This document shows positions 27,090 to 39,537 of a stretch of 64,000 nt of DNA, one piece after another. Where the stretch lies: assembly GCF_963921235.1 (NCBI RefSeq), contig NC_086097.1, forward strand, positions 225,186,001 to 225,250,000, in the 5' to 3' direction. The position numbers were made by a program, and so were the translations under genes. Source of the stretch: Mobula hypostoma (lineage: Eukaryota). Within the stretch, counting starts at the first letter, position 1. Every line of letters begins with the position of its first letter. Below the pieces are notes generated by a model, which was given only the letters and a program-made list of their open reading frames with translations, searched no databases and was not told the DNA's origin.

Positions 27090-27507
27090 TATGGCATGTA
27101 CATTGATTTTTCAAACTTCTGGTAATGTCCCCCTTCACCTCTCTACCTCTCCTTCACTATTTCCCATTCCCTTTTCCCTCTGTCACCCTATCTGCTTGCC
27201 CACCAATCACCTCCATCTGGTGCTCATCCTCCTTTTCTTTCTTCCCTGGTCTTCTGTCTCTTTCACCAATCAACTTCCCAGCTCTTTATTTCGTCCCTCT
27301 CAGTTTCACCTATCACCTTTCATTTCCCCCCCTCTCCCACCTTTTAAATCTACTCCTCAGCACTTTTTCTCCAGTCCTGCCGAAGGGTTTCGGCCCAAAA
27401 CGTCGACTGTACTCTTCTCCATAGATGCTGCCTGGCCTGCAGAGTTCCTCCAGCATTTTGTCCGTGTTGCTCGGATTTCCAGCATCTGTATACATTCTCT
27501 TGTTTGT
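27090..27507 (+). mobile_element. PLE terminal repeat with hammerhead motif (27372-27409)
   Basis: cagtcCTGCCGAagggtttcggcccAAAACGTCgactg, followed by the conserved gatgctgcctggcctgc tail. Confidence 0.85.
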
Positions 27508-27624
27508 GAGAGTTAGTGACCTGTATAGTATGTCAAAATTCTATGAATTGATTTATGTGGGAAGAATAGTTCGCTAAAGTCAATTGACGTGACAGGCTAT
27601 TTACAGGTCACTGTGTTCTTTATT

Positions 27625-27890
27625 TATTTGTTGAGATACAACGCAGAATAAACCCTTCAAGGGACTCCCCCCAGCAACCCCCAATTAACCCTAGCCTAAT
27701 CACGGTTCAATTTACAATGACTAATTAACCTACTAACTTATAGGTCTTTGGACTGTGGGAGGAAGCCAGAGCAACCAGAGTAAACCCACTCCTTCCATGG
27801 GAGGACAAACAGACCTCTTACAGATGACGCTGGAACTGAGCTCCGACCCATGCCCCGAGCACTAACCGTTACATTTCCATGATGCCCTGT
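27625..27890 (-). mobile_element. HE1/V-SINE-like element
   Basis: Shares tttacaatgac..attaaccta...ctttggactgtgggagg with the copies at 11860, 29085 and 56255. Confidence 0.65.
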
Positions 27891-27944
27891 TACAGTCGAT
27901 ATATATTGATCTTTAACATTCAGAATTTCTTTTTTTTTTAGTCA

Positions 27945-28290
27945 CACACCTTTTGGTTTTGCCCTTCACTGATTGGATTTTGATCAAAATATTTGACTGG
28001 TACTCAAAGGCCTATAAAAGATCCTTCCCCTTGGAAGCTGGTCTCGCCATCTTTGGCTGTTTGCAATCCACTCTATGCTTCCCTACAGCCATACAACAGT
28101 CTCTGATGCTGGGAATGATTGTCATTAAAAGACTTATCTTGAGGAAATGGAAATCACCCTCTCCCACTTCCTTCCGGAGATGGATGGCTGACATGATCTC
28201 AGTCATACAGATGGAGAGACTCAGGTTCTTGAGAACCAATTCAATTATAAAATTTTCGGATATCTGGGATCCATTTCTTGTTACCTAGAC
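27945..28290 (+). mobile_element. L1-clade ORF2 C-terminal fragment
   Basis: KRLILRKWKSPSPTSFRRW...MERLRF...KFSDIWDPFL resembles the C-terminus of fish L1 ORF2. Confidence 0.75.
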
Positions 28291-28317
28291 GAGGCCGGGG
28301 GCAGATGAACAAATTAA

Positions 28318-28770
28318 CATAGAACATAGAACATAGAATAGTACAGCACAGTACAGGCCCTTCGGCCCACAATGTTGTGCCGACCCTCAAACCCTGCCTC
28401 CCATATAATCCCCCCACCTTAAATTCCTCCATATACCTGTCTAGTAGTCTCTTAAACTTCACTAGTGTATCTGCCTCCACCACTGACTCAGGCAGTGCAT
28501 TCCACGCACCAACCACTCTCTGAGTAAAAAACCTTCCTCTAATATCCCCCTTGAACTTCCCACCCCTTACCTTAAAGCCATGTCCTCTCTTACTGAGCAG
28601 TGGTGCCCTGGGGAAGAGGCACTGGCTGTCCACTCTATCTAGTCCTCTTAATATCTTGTATACCTTTATCATGTCTCCTCTCATCCTAACTTCCAGAATC
28701 TCTGATCATAATCCATACTCTCTAAACCAGGCAGCATCCTGGTAAATCTCCTCTGTACCCTTTCCAATTT
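28318..28770 (-). mobile_element. Young CR1 3' fragment with (TCTATGT)n tail
   Basis: MRGDMIKVYKILRGLDRVD...FFTQRVVGAWNALP. Confidence 0.9.
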
Positions 28771-29209
28771 CCCCCCAGCTAATCTCTCACGGCCCTCATT
28801 TGAGACTTAATGTTTAGCACTTTTGAGCACTCTGTACAACAGGCATCCCTCTAATGATATGTCCCTTTTTTTTCTTTTTCTTTTGCTTATTTTATTTTTA
28901 CATATATCTGAGTTTAGAAGAAAAAAATTACATTCAGAATTTCGAATGAAATATTTATCATGAAGACTTTGATGGAGGCATAAACTAGGCTAAAATAAAA
29001 ATGTACTTAATTGTCATTATTACATCAGTGGACTTCGGAGAAAAAAAAGGCAAATTGGTGAGTGAAGGTAGGTAGCAGCATTTATTGAGATACAGCATAG
29101 AATAGGTTCTTCTGGCCCTTCGAGCCACGCTGTCCAGCATTCCCCCAATTTAATCTGACCCTAATCACGGGATAATTTACAATGACCAATTAACCTAGCA
29201 ACTGGTATG

Positions 29210-29729
29210 GCATTGGAGAGGGTCCAGAGGAGGTTCACAAGGATGACTCTAGGAATGAAAGGGTTATCATACGAGGAACGTTTGATGGCTCTGGGTCTGT
29301 ACTCGCTGGAATTCAGAAGGATGAGGGGGGATCTCATTGAAACTTTTCGAAGGTTGAAAGGCCTAGACAGAGTAGATGTGGAAAGGATGTTTCCCATGCT
29401 GGGGGAGTCTAGGACAAGAGGGCACAGCCTCAGGATAGAGGAGTGCCCTTTCAAAACAGAGATGTGGAGAAATTTCTTTAGCTAAAGCGTGGTGAATTTG
29501 TGGAATTTGTTGCCACGTGCAGCTGTGGAGGCCAGGTCGTTGGGTGTATTTAAGACGGAGATTAATAAGTTCTTGATTGGACATGGCATCAAAGGTTATG
29601 GGGAGAAGGCCGGGAACTGGGGTTGAGGAGGAGATTAAAAAAAAGGATCAGCCATGATTGAATGGCGGAGCAGACTCGATGGGCCAGATGGCCTAATTCT
29701 TCTCCTACGTCTTATGTCTTATGATCTCA
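29210..29729 (+). mobile_element. Young CR1 3' fragment inserted in an HE1-like SINE (29085-29860, minus strand)
   Basis: LERVQRRFTRM...MRGDLIETF. TSD tggtatg at 29203-29209 and 29730-29736. Confidence 0.9.
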
Positions 29730-31271
29730 TGGTATGACTTTGGACTGTGGGAGGAAACTAACACTGGCATGGAGAGTACATAAAAACTCCTTACAGGCAG
29801 CAGTGAGAATTGAACCCAGGTCACCGTTGTGCTAACCACTGTGCTACTATGCCACCCATGGGTTTCAGGAAAGACAAGAATAATGATGAGGTAGAAGAAG
29901 CGGGCAAAACAAGATCAAAGAGGTCATAGCATTACAATTTGGAATAAAATGTATAATGGGAGCATTATAGAGGTATCAACTTAAAGATTTAAAAATATTT
30001 CTTTAGATTGTTCTGTAGAATTCCAGTTTTTTGCGTGGATCTGATTTTAGTCACTCTTCTAATTTGTTAGCTCAACCTCTTTGTCATTGTGTCTGTACAG
30101 TTTCTCTCTGTATTGAAATGCATGTCTTGATAATTATTGCCTTTATGTTCACTATTGACAGATAAATGCAGAGAAGATGCAGGTGATGATGCTGAAACCG
30201 AAAGTATTTGACTAGATGAAAGAAATGAGAATAAATTGGCTGTAGTACTGAGATATATTGTAAATCCCCAATCTAAAGTGGCAAAGAGGTTGAATATGTA
30301 AGGAGCAGGGATTAAAACAGGATTATCGTGAACTACAACTTTATTATTTCAAGACAGATTAGAATAAGAAGAATGTAATAGATAGGCCTAGGTCAGAATT
30401 GTAGGTCTGTTTACTTTTAGTCCAAGATGATTTGATACAAGAGATGAAAGGTAAGGTAGAATTGGAAGAATGCTTATAAAACAATGACCTTAACAAATTA
30501 GATGATTTCAAAATTTAAAGAAGTGAGTAATCTTGACCAGAGAAGAGCAAGTATGGTTAATTTTTTTAAAAAAGAAAATAGCCCAGGTTAACTGGTAAGA
30601 CAATGCTGTCCAATAAGTATATGCACAATCCATGGGAAATACTTCTACTAAAAAATGATTATTGTACAAACACCGTATCATTTCGTAAGTTCAGTAGCAA
30701 CCAAGTCTGGAGTTTATCTGCATGAGTGAGTAAATTCAAGTGGTATCAGCTGTAGGAAGGAGCAAATAATAAAGTAAGAAAAGTTAAAATAAGAAATGAT
30801 AAGAAATGATAATGTAAGGAAAGTTAAAATAAGAAATGATAATGGTAGAGAGGAACAAAAGATGAATTGAATAAATGAAACTGGGCAAGGTAGAGAAACA
30901 AGAACACAAAGAGAAAGAGAAAAGGAAGGAAGTTCAACCAGAGGAACTGCTTACCCTAGTTTGAGTTTCCAAAATGCAGTACCTTACATTTATTTGGTCT
31001 GTAAACCATTTGCTAATCTTCAGCTTACATAGCTACTTTATCAAGATACCGCTGTAATTTTTTATAACCTTCTAAACTGTCTACATCAGCTATTTCAATA
31101 TCATCTGCAAATTTACTAACCGTGCCTTGTACGTTCACATCTAAATAATTTCTGTAAGTTGCAAACAATGAAGGTCCTAGCACTGACACCTGTGGCACAC
31201 CACCGGACACAACTATCCAGTCTGCGAAATCCTTGACCATCACCCTCTGCTTCCTAGCACTGATCCAATTA

Positions 31272-31451
31272 ACACTCACAACATGCTGGAGGAACTCAGC
31301 AGGTCAGGTAGCATCAGTGGAAAAGACCGGTCGATGTTCCAGCCCGAAACATCGACCAATCTTTTCCACTGATGCTGCCTGACCTGCTGAGTTCCTCCAG
31401 CGTGTTGTGAGTGTTGCTTTGACCCCAGCATCTGCAGATTATTTTGTGTTT
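31272..31451 (+). mobile_element. PLE-derived fold-back mini-element with 13-bp TSD, inside a minus-strand CR1 RT fragment (about 30980-32050)
   Basis: Near-perfect inverted arms of about 65 bp around agccc/gaaacatcgacc. TSD actgatccaatta on both sides. Confidence 0.85.
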
Positions 31452-31697
31452 ACTGATCCAATTACGAATCTAACCAGCTATCTACCCTGATATCCCATGT
31501 GATATAACCTTCCGGACTAACCACCATGAGCGACTTGCCAAAAAACCTTGCTAAAATCCAATTAGACAACATCCCTACCTTCATCTACCCTCTTTGTCCA
31601 GCCATGATTTAATAGCAGAGTAGACTTAGTGGACTAAATGGCCTAATTCTACTTCTATGTCTTGTAAACTTACCTCCTTAAAGAACTCCAAGAGATT

Positions 31698-31750
31698 TCA
31701 CACACACACACGCACCCACACGCACACACACATACACACGCACACACACG

Positions 31751-31814
<64 letters not shown>

Positions 31815-31816
31815 CA
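31698..31816. repeat. (CA)n microsatellite
   Basis: Direct inspection. Confidence 0.97.
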
Positions 31817-33445
31817 GCCATTCTACTTGTCTTTAATCAGGTACTGTCTCTCCAAACATTGGCAGATCGTGTCCCTTAGAATCTTCTTCAGCAATTGTCC
31901 CACCACTGCCTTCTTTACCATATTAGCCACTCTTTAGTCCTCTGGAGCCTCGTCTGAGGCCAGAGATGAAGTAAAAATCTCTGCAAGATTTTTGTTCTCT
32001 AGTTTCCAAGAATGTACCAGATTAGGCACTGTGAATTTATCCACTTTGATGACTGACAGTCTTGTTTCTGCCAGGGAGACTCGAATCAGTGAGGTTAACT
32101 TCACTTTATTGATCAGGAACTGCACCCACATCCTATGGACTCACTTTCAAGGACTCTTCATCTCATGTTCTCCATATTTATTGCTTATTTATTATTATTC
32201 TTTTTCTTTTGTATTTGTACATTGATGGCTTGTCCATCCTGTTGGGTGCAGTCTTTCATTGATTCTATTATGTTTCTTGGATTAACTGAGTATGCCCACA
32301 AGGAAATGAATCTCAGGGTACAAATATGTAACATATATGTACCTTGATAAGAAATTTGCTTTGAACTTTGAATTCTAAACATTGTATTTTTGATATCACT
32401 TAATCTTCCAAACTGGTAATGTCTTGTTAGCAGCTACTAGATATTTCTTTTAACATTTTGTTGGCATTAAAAGGAAAAGAAAATGTAAACTAGAGTAGAA
32501 GGGTCCAACACAGTGGCAGTGTGGGCTGGAAAATGGAAGAAAGATTTATCCCCAAAAGGAAACTGCACAAATTATAAAAGAAAACAACTGATCTTCTGTG
32601 CTGAAAATTTTCAGCATTCCATTTTCCTCAGATTTGTTCCATCTTTCCTCAGCCACATTAGTTCCTGAGACTGAGGAACTTGCAACCTTTTGACTTGACA
32701 CTGGCTTTCTCTGAATCTTCAAAAGTTGTTGACTCTTATTGATGTTAGGAATAGATTTATCATCATCCTTCAGCATTTATTTGTCCATCTCCTGCTGTGA
32801 TCATCTCATCAAAATGAATACTTCTGACATAATTTCCAATAAGTGCTGGGTACCTGTTTGAAGTGCAGATTTGGTCTACTTCACTGATATCCCATGCTGA
32901 GTTCCATACACAGTCACGCACCTGCTAACTTTAACTTTTTCACTCAGTTGAAATTACTTTTCTCTTCCTCCATCAATTGCCCTTCACTGTATAACCTGCT
33001 CTGCCAGAATGAAATGAGGAATAGACTCTGGGGTTGTATGGTATATTTGTAAGTGTGTGTGTGTGGGGGGGGAGGTGTTGGGAGTTTTGATGCTACCTTC
33101 ACTGTTCTTTTCTGCGAGTGAGGGGGTGGGGGATTGTTATCGTTGCTTTTTTTTCTGCAGGGAGGGGTGGGATTTTTTGGGGTCTGCAAGTTTTGTTTCT
33201 TTTCTTTTTCATGCCAGGGGAAGTGAGAGTTGATGTCTTTGCTTTCATCAACCCTCATGGTCTTTCTGTATTTCATGGCTATCTGGAGAAGACAAATATC
33301 TGAGTTGTATTGTACATGCATACATTGACAATAAAATGAGCCTTTGGAACCTTGAACCTTTAAATAAAACATTAGTCAATTGTTAATTCCATCACAAAGA
33401 TAGAATAAGCTTGGAACACTTGTTCCTTTAAGACTTCTTTTAATA

Positions 33446-33519
33446 CACAATTTTCCAAGCTGTAGTCCATGGACCCCTTGGGTAATGATAGATGGCATAA
33501 AAAAGGTTGGGAACCCCTG
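33446..33519. mobile_element. Short hAT/Charlie-like MITE
   Basis: Right TIR aggttgggaacccctg, degenerate left TIR, similar 8-bp flanks ttttaata/ctttaaca. Confidence 0.45.
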
Positions 33520-34614
33520 CTTTAACATATCTTGCCATTTCTCTACTGGAACAAAGCTGATATGAAGACACCTATATATGTTTGATGCTATTTGATGATA
33601 TGAAACTTCCAAACAAATGTGAAGAAAGCTGTCAGGCATCATTTCTGCTGGTATTCCTTCCATACCAACTCTCCATTGGATATTCTACTGTTTAACAAGT
33701 AGTTACAGGTCGTCTTTGATCTATTTTGTGAATGTTGTAGATCTTGAGAAAATTTAGCACTGTGAGGCACGGCCTGAAATACAGTAATTGGGGTTAATTT
33801 CTACAAGGTCTTACTGGTGAGTAGTTATCAGCCTCAAGCCACTGCAATGAGAGACAAAACAGAGCAAGTCATGGGTAAAATACAAAGTTATGTTCTTTGG
33901 AATCATGGTCTAAACTTGTCTACCCATCTCCACTGTGGGACCTTATTGAAAGGCTTCTGAAAGTTTACATAGGAAAGTTAGGGAAGGGGTGCCAGTGTCC
34001 AAGAAAGGTAGAGAGAGAAAAGTTGGCTATTAGGAGACTTTCAGTTTTATGTGGAATAGGCCCATGATTGCTGGTGACTCAAAGTCCCTACAATCATCAG
34101 GAAAAATTTGACCCTCGACCCCGACCCAGGAGTTTGTATACTAAACATTAATTCATGGATCAAATAGTCTTTATAGAGGTGGCCACCACCAAATCTTTCA
34201 ATTAAAATTTAAAGAGAATGCTTTTAGTATATAACAGTATGTTCTTTAAAGTCAGTTTAAATCACATATTATTCACTAGCATACTTTGGGTTTTATTCAT
34301 TATTTGAAAGGCGACATTGTATTGATTCAGTTATCCTGAGATATAAGGAATTAAACCAAGTTGCAAATTAATGATATTACCATGTGCAAAAAGACCAGCT
34401 GTCACAAATAACAAATGGATTTATTTGGTGTTTTCTGTTCGATACAGTGATTATCTGACAATACTGAACAAATCCAGAGATAAGTTCAGTAGGACCTGCA
34501 ATATGCTGCCAAACCATTCCATGTCCTCATGCAAAATGTCCAAACTAAAAGTAAAGGATCAGAAATTGCCAGTTTTATCTGACAATGTTTCATTCGTGGA
34601 TGAAATTGCAGAAA

Positions 34615-35900
34615 TTCACCTTGTCTGCTACGACAAACTCATGCCCTCCTTACTTCTTAAGCGTTCTCTTGCACTTCATATACTCCTCAAATACATCATT
34701 TGTTCCTACTTGCCTATACCTACTATGCACCTCCTCCTTTTTCATAACCATATTGAAAAACATCTTGAAAAACAAGGTTCCCTAAACCTGTTATCCTTGC
34801 CTCTTATTCTAATAAGAACAAACTTTGTACTCTGAAAAATTCACTTTTGAAGGCATCCCACTTACCAAGTGCACCTTTGCCAGAAAACAACCTGTCCCAA
34901 TCCACATTGGCCAGATCCTTTCTGATACCATCATATTGACCTTTCTCCAATTTAGAATCTCAACCCAAGGACCAGACCTATCCTTTTCTATTATTACCTT
35001 GAAAGTAATGGCATTATGATCACTAGACGCAAAGTGTTCCCCTACACACATTTCTGTCACCTGTGTGCCTCATTCCCTCACAGGAGATCTAATATCACAC
35101 TCTCTCCAATTGAGACTTCTATATACTGATTAAGGGAACTTTCCTGAACACATTTGACAAACTCTTTCCCAGCCCTTTTACAGTATGGGCGTTCCAGTCA
35201 ATATGTTTAATGTTAAAGTCATCTACTATCACCACCTTATGATTCTTGCAATAGTCTGTGATCTCTCTACAAATTTGCTCCCTTAAACCCTGCAGACTGT
35301 TGCGTGGTCTTTAATATAATCCCGTTAACATGGTCATACCTTTCTTAATCCTCCGTTCTACCCATAAAGCCTCTCTAGATGAGGTCTCTAGTTTGTCCTG
35401 ACTGAGAACTGAAGTTACATTTTCCCTGAATAGTAATGCTACTCCTCCTCCTTTAATCCCTTCCGCTCTGTCACATCTAAAACAATGGAACACCAGAATA
35501 TTGAACTGCCAGTCTTGTCCCTCCTGAAACCAAGCTTCACTAATGCATACAATATCATAATTCCACATGCTGATCCTTAGCCAACTCCTTAACACAGTTT
35601 GTTAGAAGCTGTAGTTGGATGCACTTCATGCAGGTGTAGTCATCAGGGACAAGTGATCTCTCTGCCTTCCCATCTCCCACAAGAGGAGCTTTCCACTATC
35701 ATGCCCGACACCGCTCTGCACTAAACGTGTAATAAAAATGAAACAGACTAAATAATGAAAAATATTTATCCAGCGCCTAAGCTTCTCCTCGCTGAAGCCT
35801 TGATGAGCCAAAGCCTCAATTCCTACTCGAACACTAGCCCACTCATACAAGGACCACTCCATTTAAATCTAACTTTATTTTGATTGGCCCTTGTCTCTCT
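34615..35900 (-). mobile_element. CR1 5' region (ORF2 endonuclease and tether)
   Basis: YDIVCISEAWF...RCDRAEGIKGGGVAL and EHFASSDHNAI motifs. Confidence 0.85.
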
Positions 35901-36914
35901 CTCTCCCTGTTGCTCGATGCTGCAGGATGGTGGCAGAATCTTGGGTCTTGTGCATAGTTTCAGCAACAAAGTCCGTGGTTTGGAATCTGCAGTTCATGTT
36001 ACATGTGTTTTTGGTTTCTGATTACTCCTTTTTTATTGCTATTCTGTGAAATTTTGATCGGAGTGGATTGGCTCTGCAGCCTGTAGTCAATGAACGACAC
36101 AGGGCTAAACAGGAATCAACTGAACTAAACTGAAAATTCCTAGACTGTTTCAATATCCCTGTGGTTCAATGTTTTATATTCTGCGTTTTTCGCTTGTTTT
36201 TCGTCTTTGCACGATTTTTTCTTTTTTTGTGTGTTGTGTTTGACGCTTTCTCTGAACGGGTTCCATGGTGTTTCTTTGCTTCATGGCTGTCTGTGGGAAG
36301 ATGAATTTCAGGGTTGTATACTGTGTATATCCTTTGACAATAAATGTACTTTTGAATCTTTGTCAAGTGCCTTATTATGTGTATTCCAATGTCTCCTTGG
36401 GAACTGTGGAATGCAAAATGTGTCGGCTACCAGTACATTTTCAGTCACTTTCTAGTACTTTATTAAAGTCATTTTGAAATTTCATATGCACAGCATCAAC
36501 TAGACAACCTTTAACATACCTTACCAGTATTTCACCAGAAAACTCAATCGACTTATTTAAAAACAATCTAACAGCATAGTAGTTGCTGCCATTTACTAAC
36601 ATACAGTATATCCTTGATCCAATTAAGAATTACTTTTCTCTTTGACTGTTGCCTCTAAAGGCTTTCCCAGCACTTGTGTCAAACTGAGATTTTGGGATGA
36701 TTACCCTCTTGAAATAGAACACAATATTTGTTATCAACTATTTCTTTGGCACCAGAACCATAGCTGAGGAGCTTGTTATATAGAAAACTGCACACCTTAT
36801 TTCTGACATTTAATTAATTAAAGGTTAACTGTGGAATGGCTTGAAAGAGAACTAGAAGAATGACTTTCAGCTTGAAGAACTTCAGTTACCTAGATATGAT
36901 TAAAGATCATGACA

Positions 36915-37262
36915 GTCATAGAGTCATAGAAAACTGCAGCACAGAAACAGGCCCTTTGGCCCATCTAGTCTGTGCTGAGACACTTAAGCTGCCAAGTCCC
37001 AGAGGTCTGCACCCATACCATAGTTGTCCATACCCCTCCCATCTATGTACCTATCCAAATTTCATTTAAATGTTGAAATCGAAATCGCATCCACCACTTG
37101 CACTTACAGCTCATTCTACACTCTCACCACCAACTGTGAGGAATGTTCCTCTGAAATATTTCACCTTTCACCCTTAAATTGTGACCTTCAGTTGTAGTCT
37201 CACCCAACTCCTCAGTGGAAAAAGCCTGCTTGCATTTACCCTACCTATACCCCTCATAATCT
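36915..37262 (-). mobile_element. CR1 3' fragment
   Basis: gtcatagagtcatagaa tail and aaaagcctgcttgcattt body, as at 58455 and 59706. Confidence 0.75.
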
Positions 37263-37311
37263 TTGTGGTATTTATTTAAGTAGTATAAATGGGAGAGACT
37301 TAGCAAAAAAG

Positions 37312-37802
37312 ACAGCATGAGTATTGATTTCTCGAACTTCCCAGAATTTCTTCTCCCCCCCCCCTCCTTTATTCCATTCCCTATTCTGGATCTTCTTTTA
37401 TTCTTTCTCATCTAATTACCTGCCTACAATTTCCCTCTGGTGCCCCTCCTCCTTTCCCTTTATCCCATTGCCCACTCTCCTCTCCTATCAGATTCTTTCT
37501 TCTTAATCTCTTTACCTTTTTCACCTGTCACCTTCCAGCTTCTCACTTCAACACCCTCCCCCACCCACCTATCTTTCCCCACACTCGGTTTCACCTATCA
37601 TCTTCTAATTTGTACTAATTTCCCTCCCCCCACCTCATATTCTGGTTTCTTCCCCCTTTCTTTCCAGTCTTGATGAAGGGTGTCGGCTTGAAATGTTGAC
37701 TCTTTATCCCTTTCCAAAATGCTGACTGACCTGCTCGAGTTTCTCTAACATTTTATGTGTGTTGCTCTGGATTTTGAGCATCTGCAGAATCTCTTGTGTT
37801 TA
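37312..37802 (+). mobile_element. PLE terminal repeat with degenerate hammerhead motif (37665-37701)
   Basis: cagtcTTGATGA...GAAATGTTgact and catctgcagaatctcttgtgttt end. Confidence 0.8.
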
Positions 37803-38694
37803 TAAATACAAAGAAGTTGGGTTGTGTGCTGATTGGTTACTAAGATTTGATATATTAGATAAGACATGGAGACATACATTTAGAAATTTGAAAAATATTA
37901 TTGGTGGTGTGTTAGGAAGTTATTTCATCTTTTCCTAGAGAATTGAAAGCATCCATGGTCAGCTGTATTGGTATTTAGTAAGCATATACTGACTCACAAC
38001 ATATTTTCAATAAGAAGATAGTTCAGTTGTGTACTTAAATTAAAATGGAATTATAGAGAAGATACATGGATGAACAATTAATATACATACTGCAACGTAA
38101 CCTTCTGATTTGGATTCCTTCAGCTAAGAAGTGTATATTTATTTTCATCTCATCCTTTCCGGGATTTTTTTCTTGGCAAGCCTGTTGGGTTAGAAAGAGG
38201 TTGGTTATAATGTCTTGGTGCCAAACTGTCGTGGGTAATCCTCTCTAAAGGTGATGATTGCTTCAACCGATTCATGATCCTAAATGATGAGCATTGATAT
38301 CCAAGGTCAAAAAGCATGGACTCTACAAGTCATCCATAATTTCTTCCCATACACAGCACTATCATTTCCTTCATATGCTATTGTTTAGCCTATATATATA
38401 TATTTAATTTAGCTCCTTCTCAATGGTTTCTTGTGATTCATTTGATCCTTCTGCTTTGTAATATATGTTTCTGATCAAAGCCAATCCAGTTAATTGGAAA
38501 GAGTGGTGGTCTCAGCCTTATGCAACCCAGTTTAGTTCTCAAGCTTGATCTGGAATGACTCTTCCTACAAGTCATTATTATTTCCATCCTTCCATTTGTT
38601 TCTTACTCATTCCTAAATGAAAGTTTTGATAAGTTTCAAGCACATAGGGTTAAACTTTATAAGAAGTTGGTGCCAGGGAACAATGCTACCAAAG

Positions 38695-39537
38695 GCAACA
38701 TCCTCAAGATGGTTCACGAAGCAACTCCTTTTACTTCTTTTACACATTTTTTTTAGTTTTACACGTGGTTGCTATTGCTGAAGCCTGTTACCTATATTCT
38801 GACAGTGTGGTTTTGGACCGAACAGGGGATCTGGTGCTTATCTGACTCTGAGAGGGTTCCACAAGGCTACAAAGCGTGTGGCATGTAGGCCAGGAGGCTA
38901 GGTGAGCCCATGATCAACTTCATCTCTCGTCGACCTTGCTGATCAAAGCAACGAAAAAGATTGAAATCATCGAGGCATGTGCGGAGGGTGAGCAAGTGTT
39001 CAGCGCTGTCTACCAGCATCTTGCTCAGTGCTGCCGGAGGAAGGTGTCTGCGTGTGATGGTCTCTCTCTCCCTCCCTCTCGCTCACTGCTCTCGAGGGAA
39101 GGTCCTTGCATTTGAGTGATCTCTTTATTCCTTGATGCCATGAGCGGATAGTGCCGAAGTAAGGTTTAAACCCTGCAGTTTGTAGATTTGGGCTCTAATT
39201 CAGGTGGATGATGTGTTCTAGTTCTGGTCTTTCCTTTCTTCTTGTTGCTACTTTTGGGTGATTTTTGTATTGGGGCAGCCTGCAGATAATAAACACTGAG
39301 CTGAACTGAAATATGCCTTTTGATTTTGTGCTTATATTCTGTTTTCTCACTTTTAGCTTTTCATGTTGCCGTTTGTACGGTTTTTTTTCCATGTTGGTGG
39401 GGTTTGATGTTTTCCTTTGAACAGGTTGGTTCCGTGTTTTTTTGTTTCATGGCTGTCTGTGAGGAAGATGAATTTCAAGGTTGAATGCTGCATACATACT
39501 TTGACAATGAATGTAATTTGAATCTTCGAAGCTTTCA
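38695..39537 (+). mobile_element. Non-coding, non-autonomous retroposon with CAAGATGG head and Rex1-type 3' tail
   Basis: Tail ggctgtctgtgaggaagatgaatttcaaggttg...gacaat is shared by several other copies in the window. No ORF. Confidence 0.55.

Noticed and set aside
30162..30215. Possible alternative terminal exon INAEKMQVMMLKPKVFD*
   Set aside because: Resembles a decayed CR1 RT motif (N.EKC.V) and the acceptor is weak.
30776..30843. Short tandem duplications (also 13723-13752 and 54597-54657)
   Set aside because: Two-copy slippage products with no spacer structure; not CRISPR-like.
32546..33010. Minus-strand purine-rich stretch with an acceptor-like site and a 76-aa ORF
   Set aside because: Stops interrupt the frames, there is no recognisable homology and no partner exons.
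34371..34835. 154-aa plus-strand ORF
   Set aside because: Its second half is the antisense of a CR1 ORF2 fragment.
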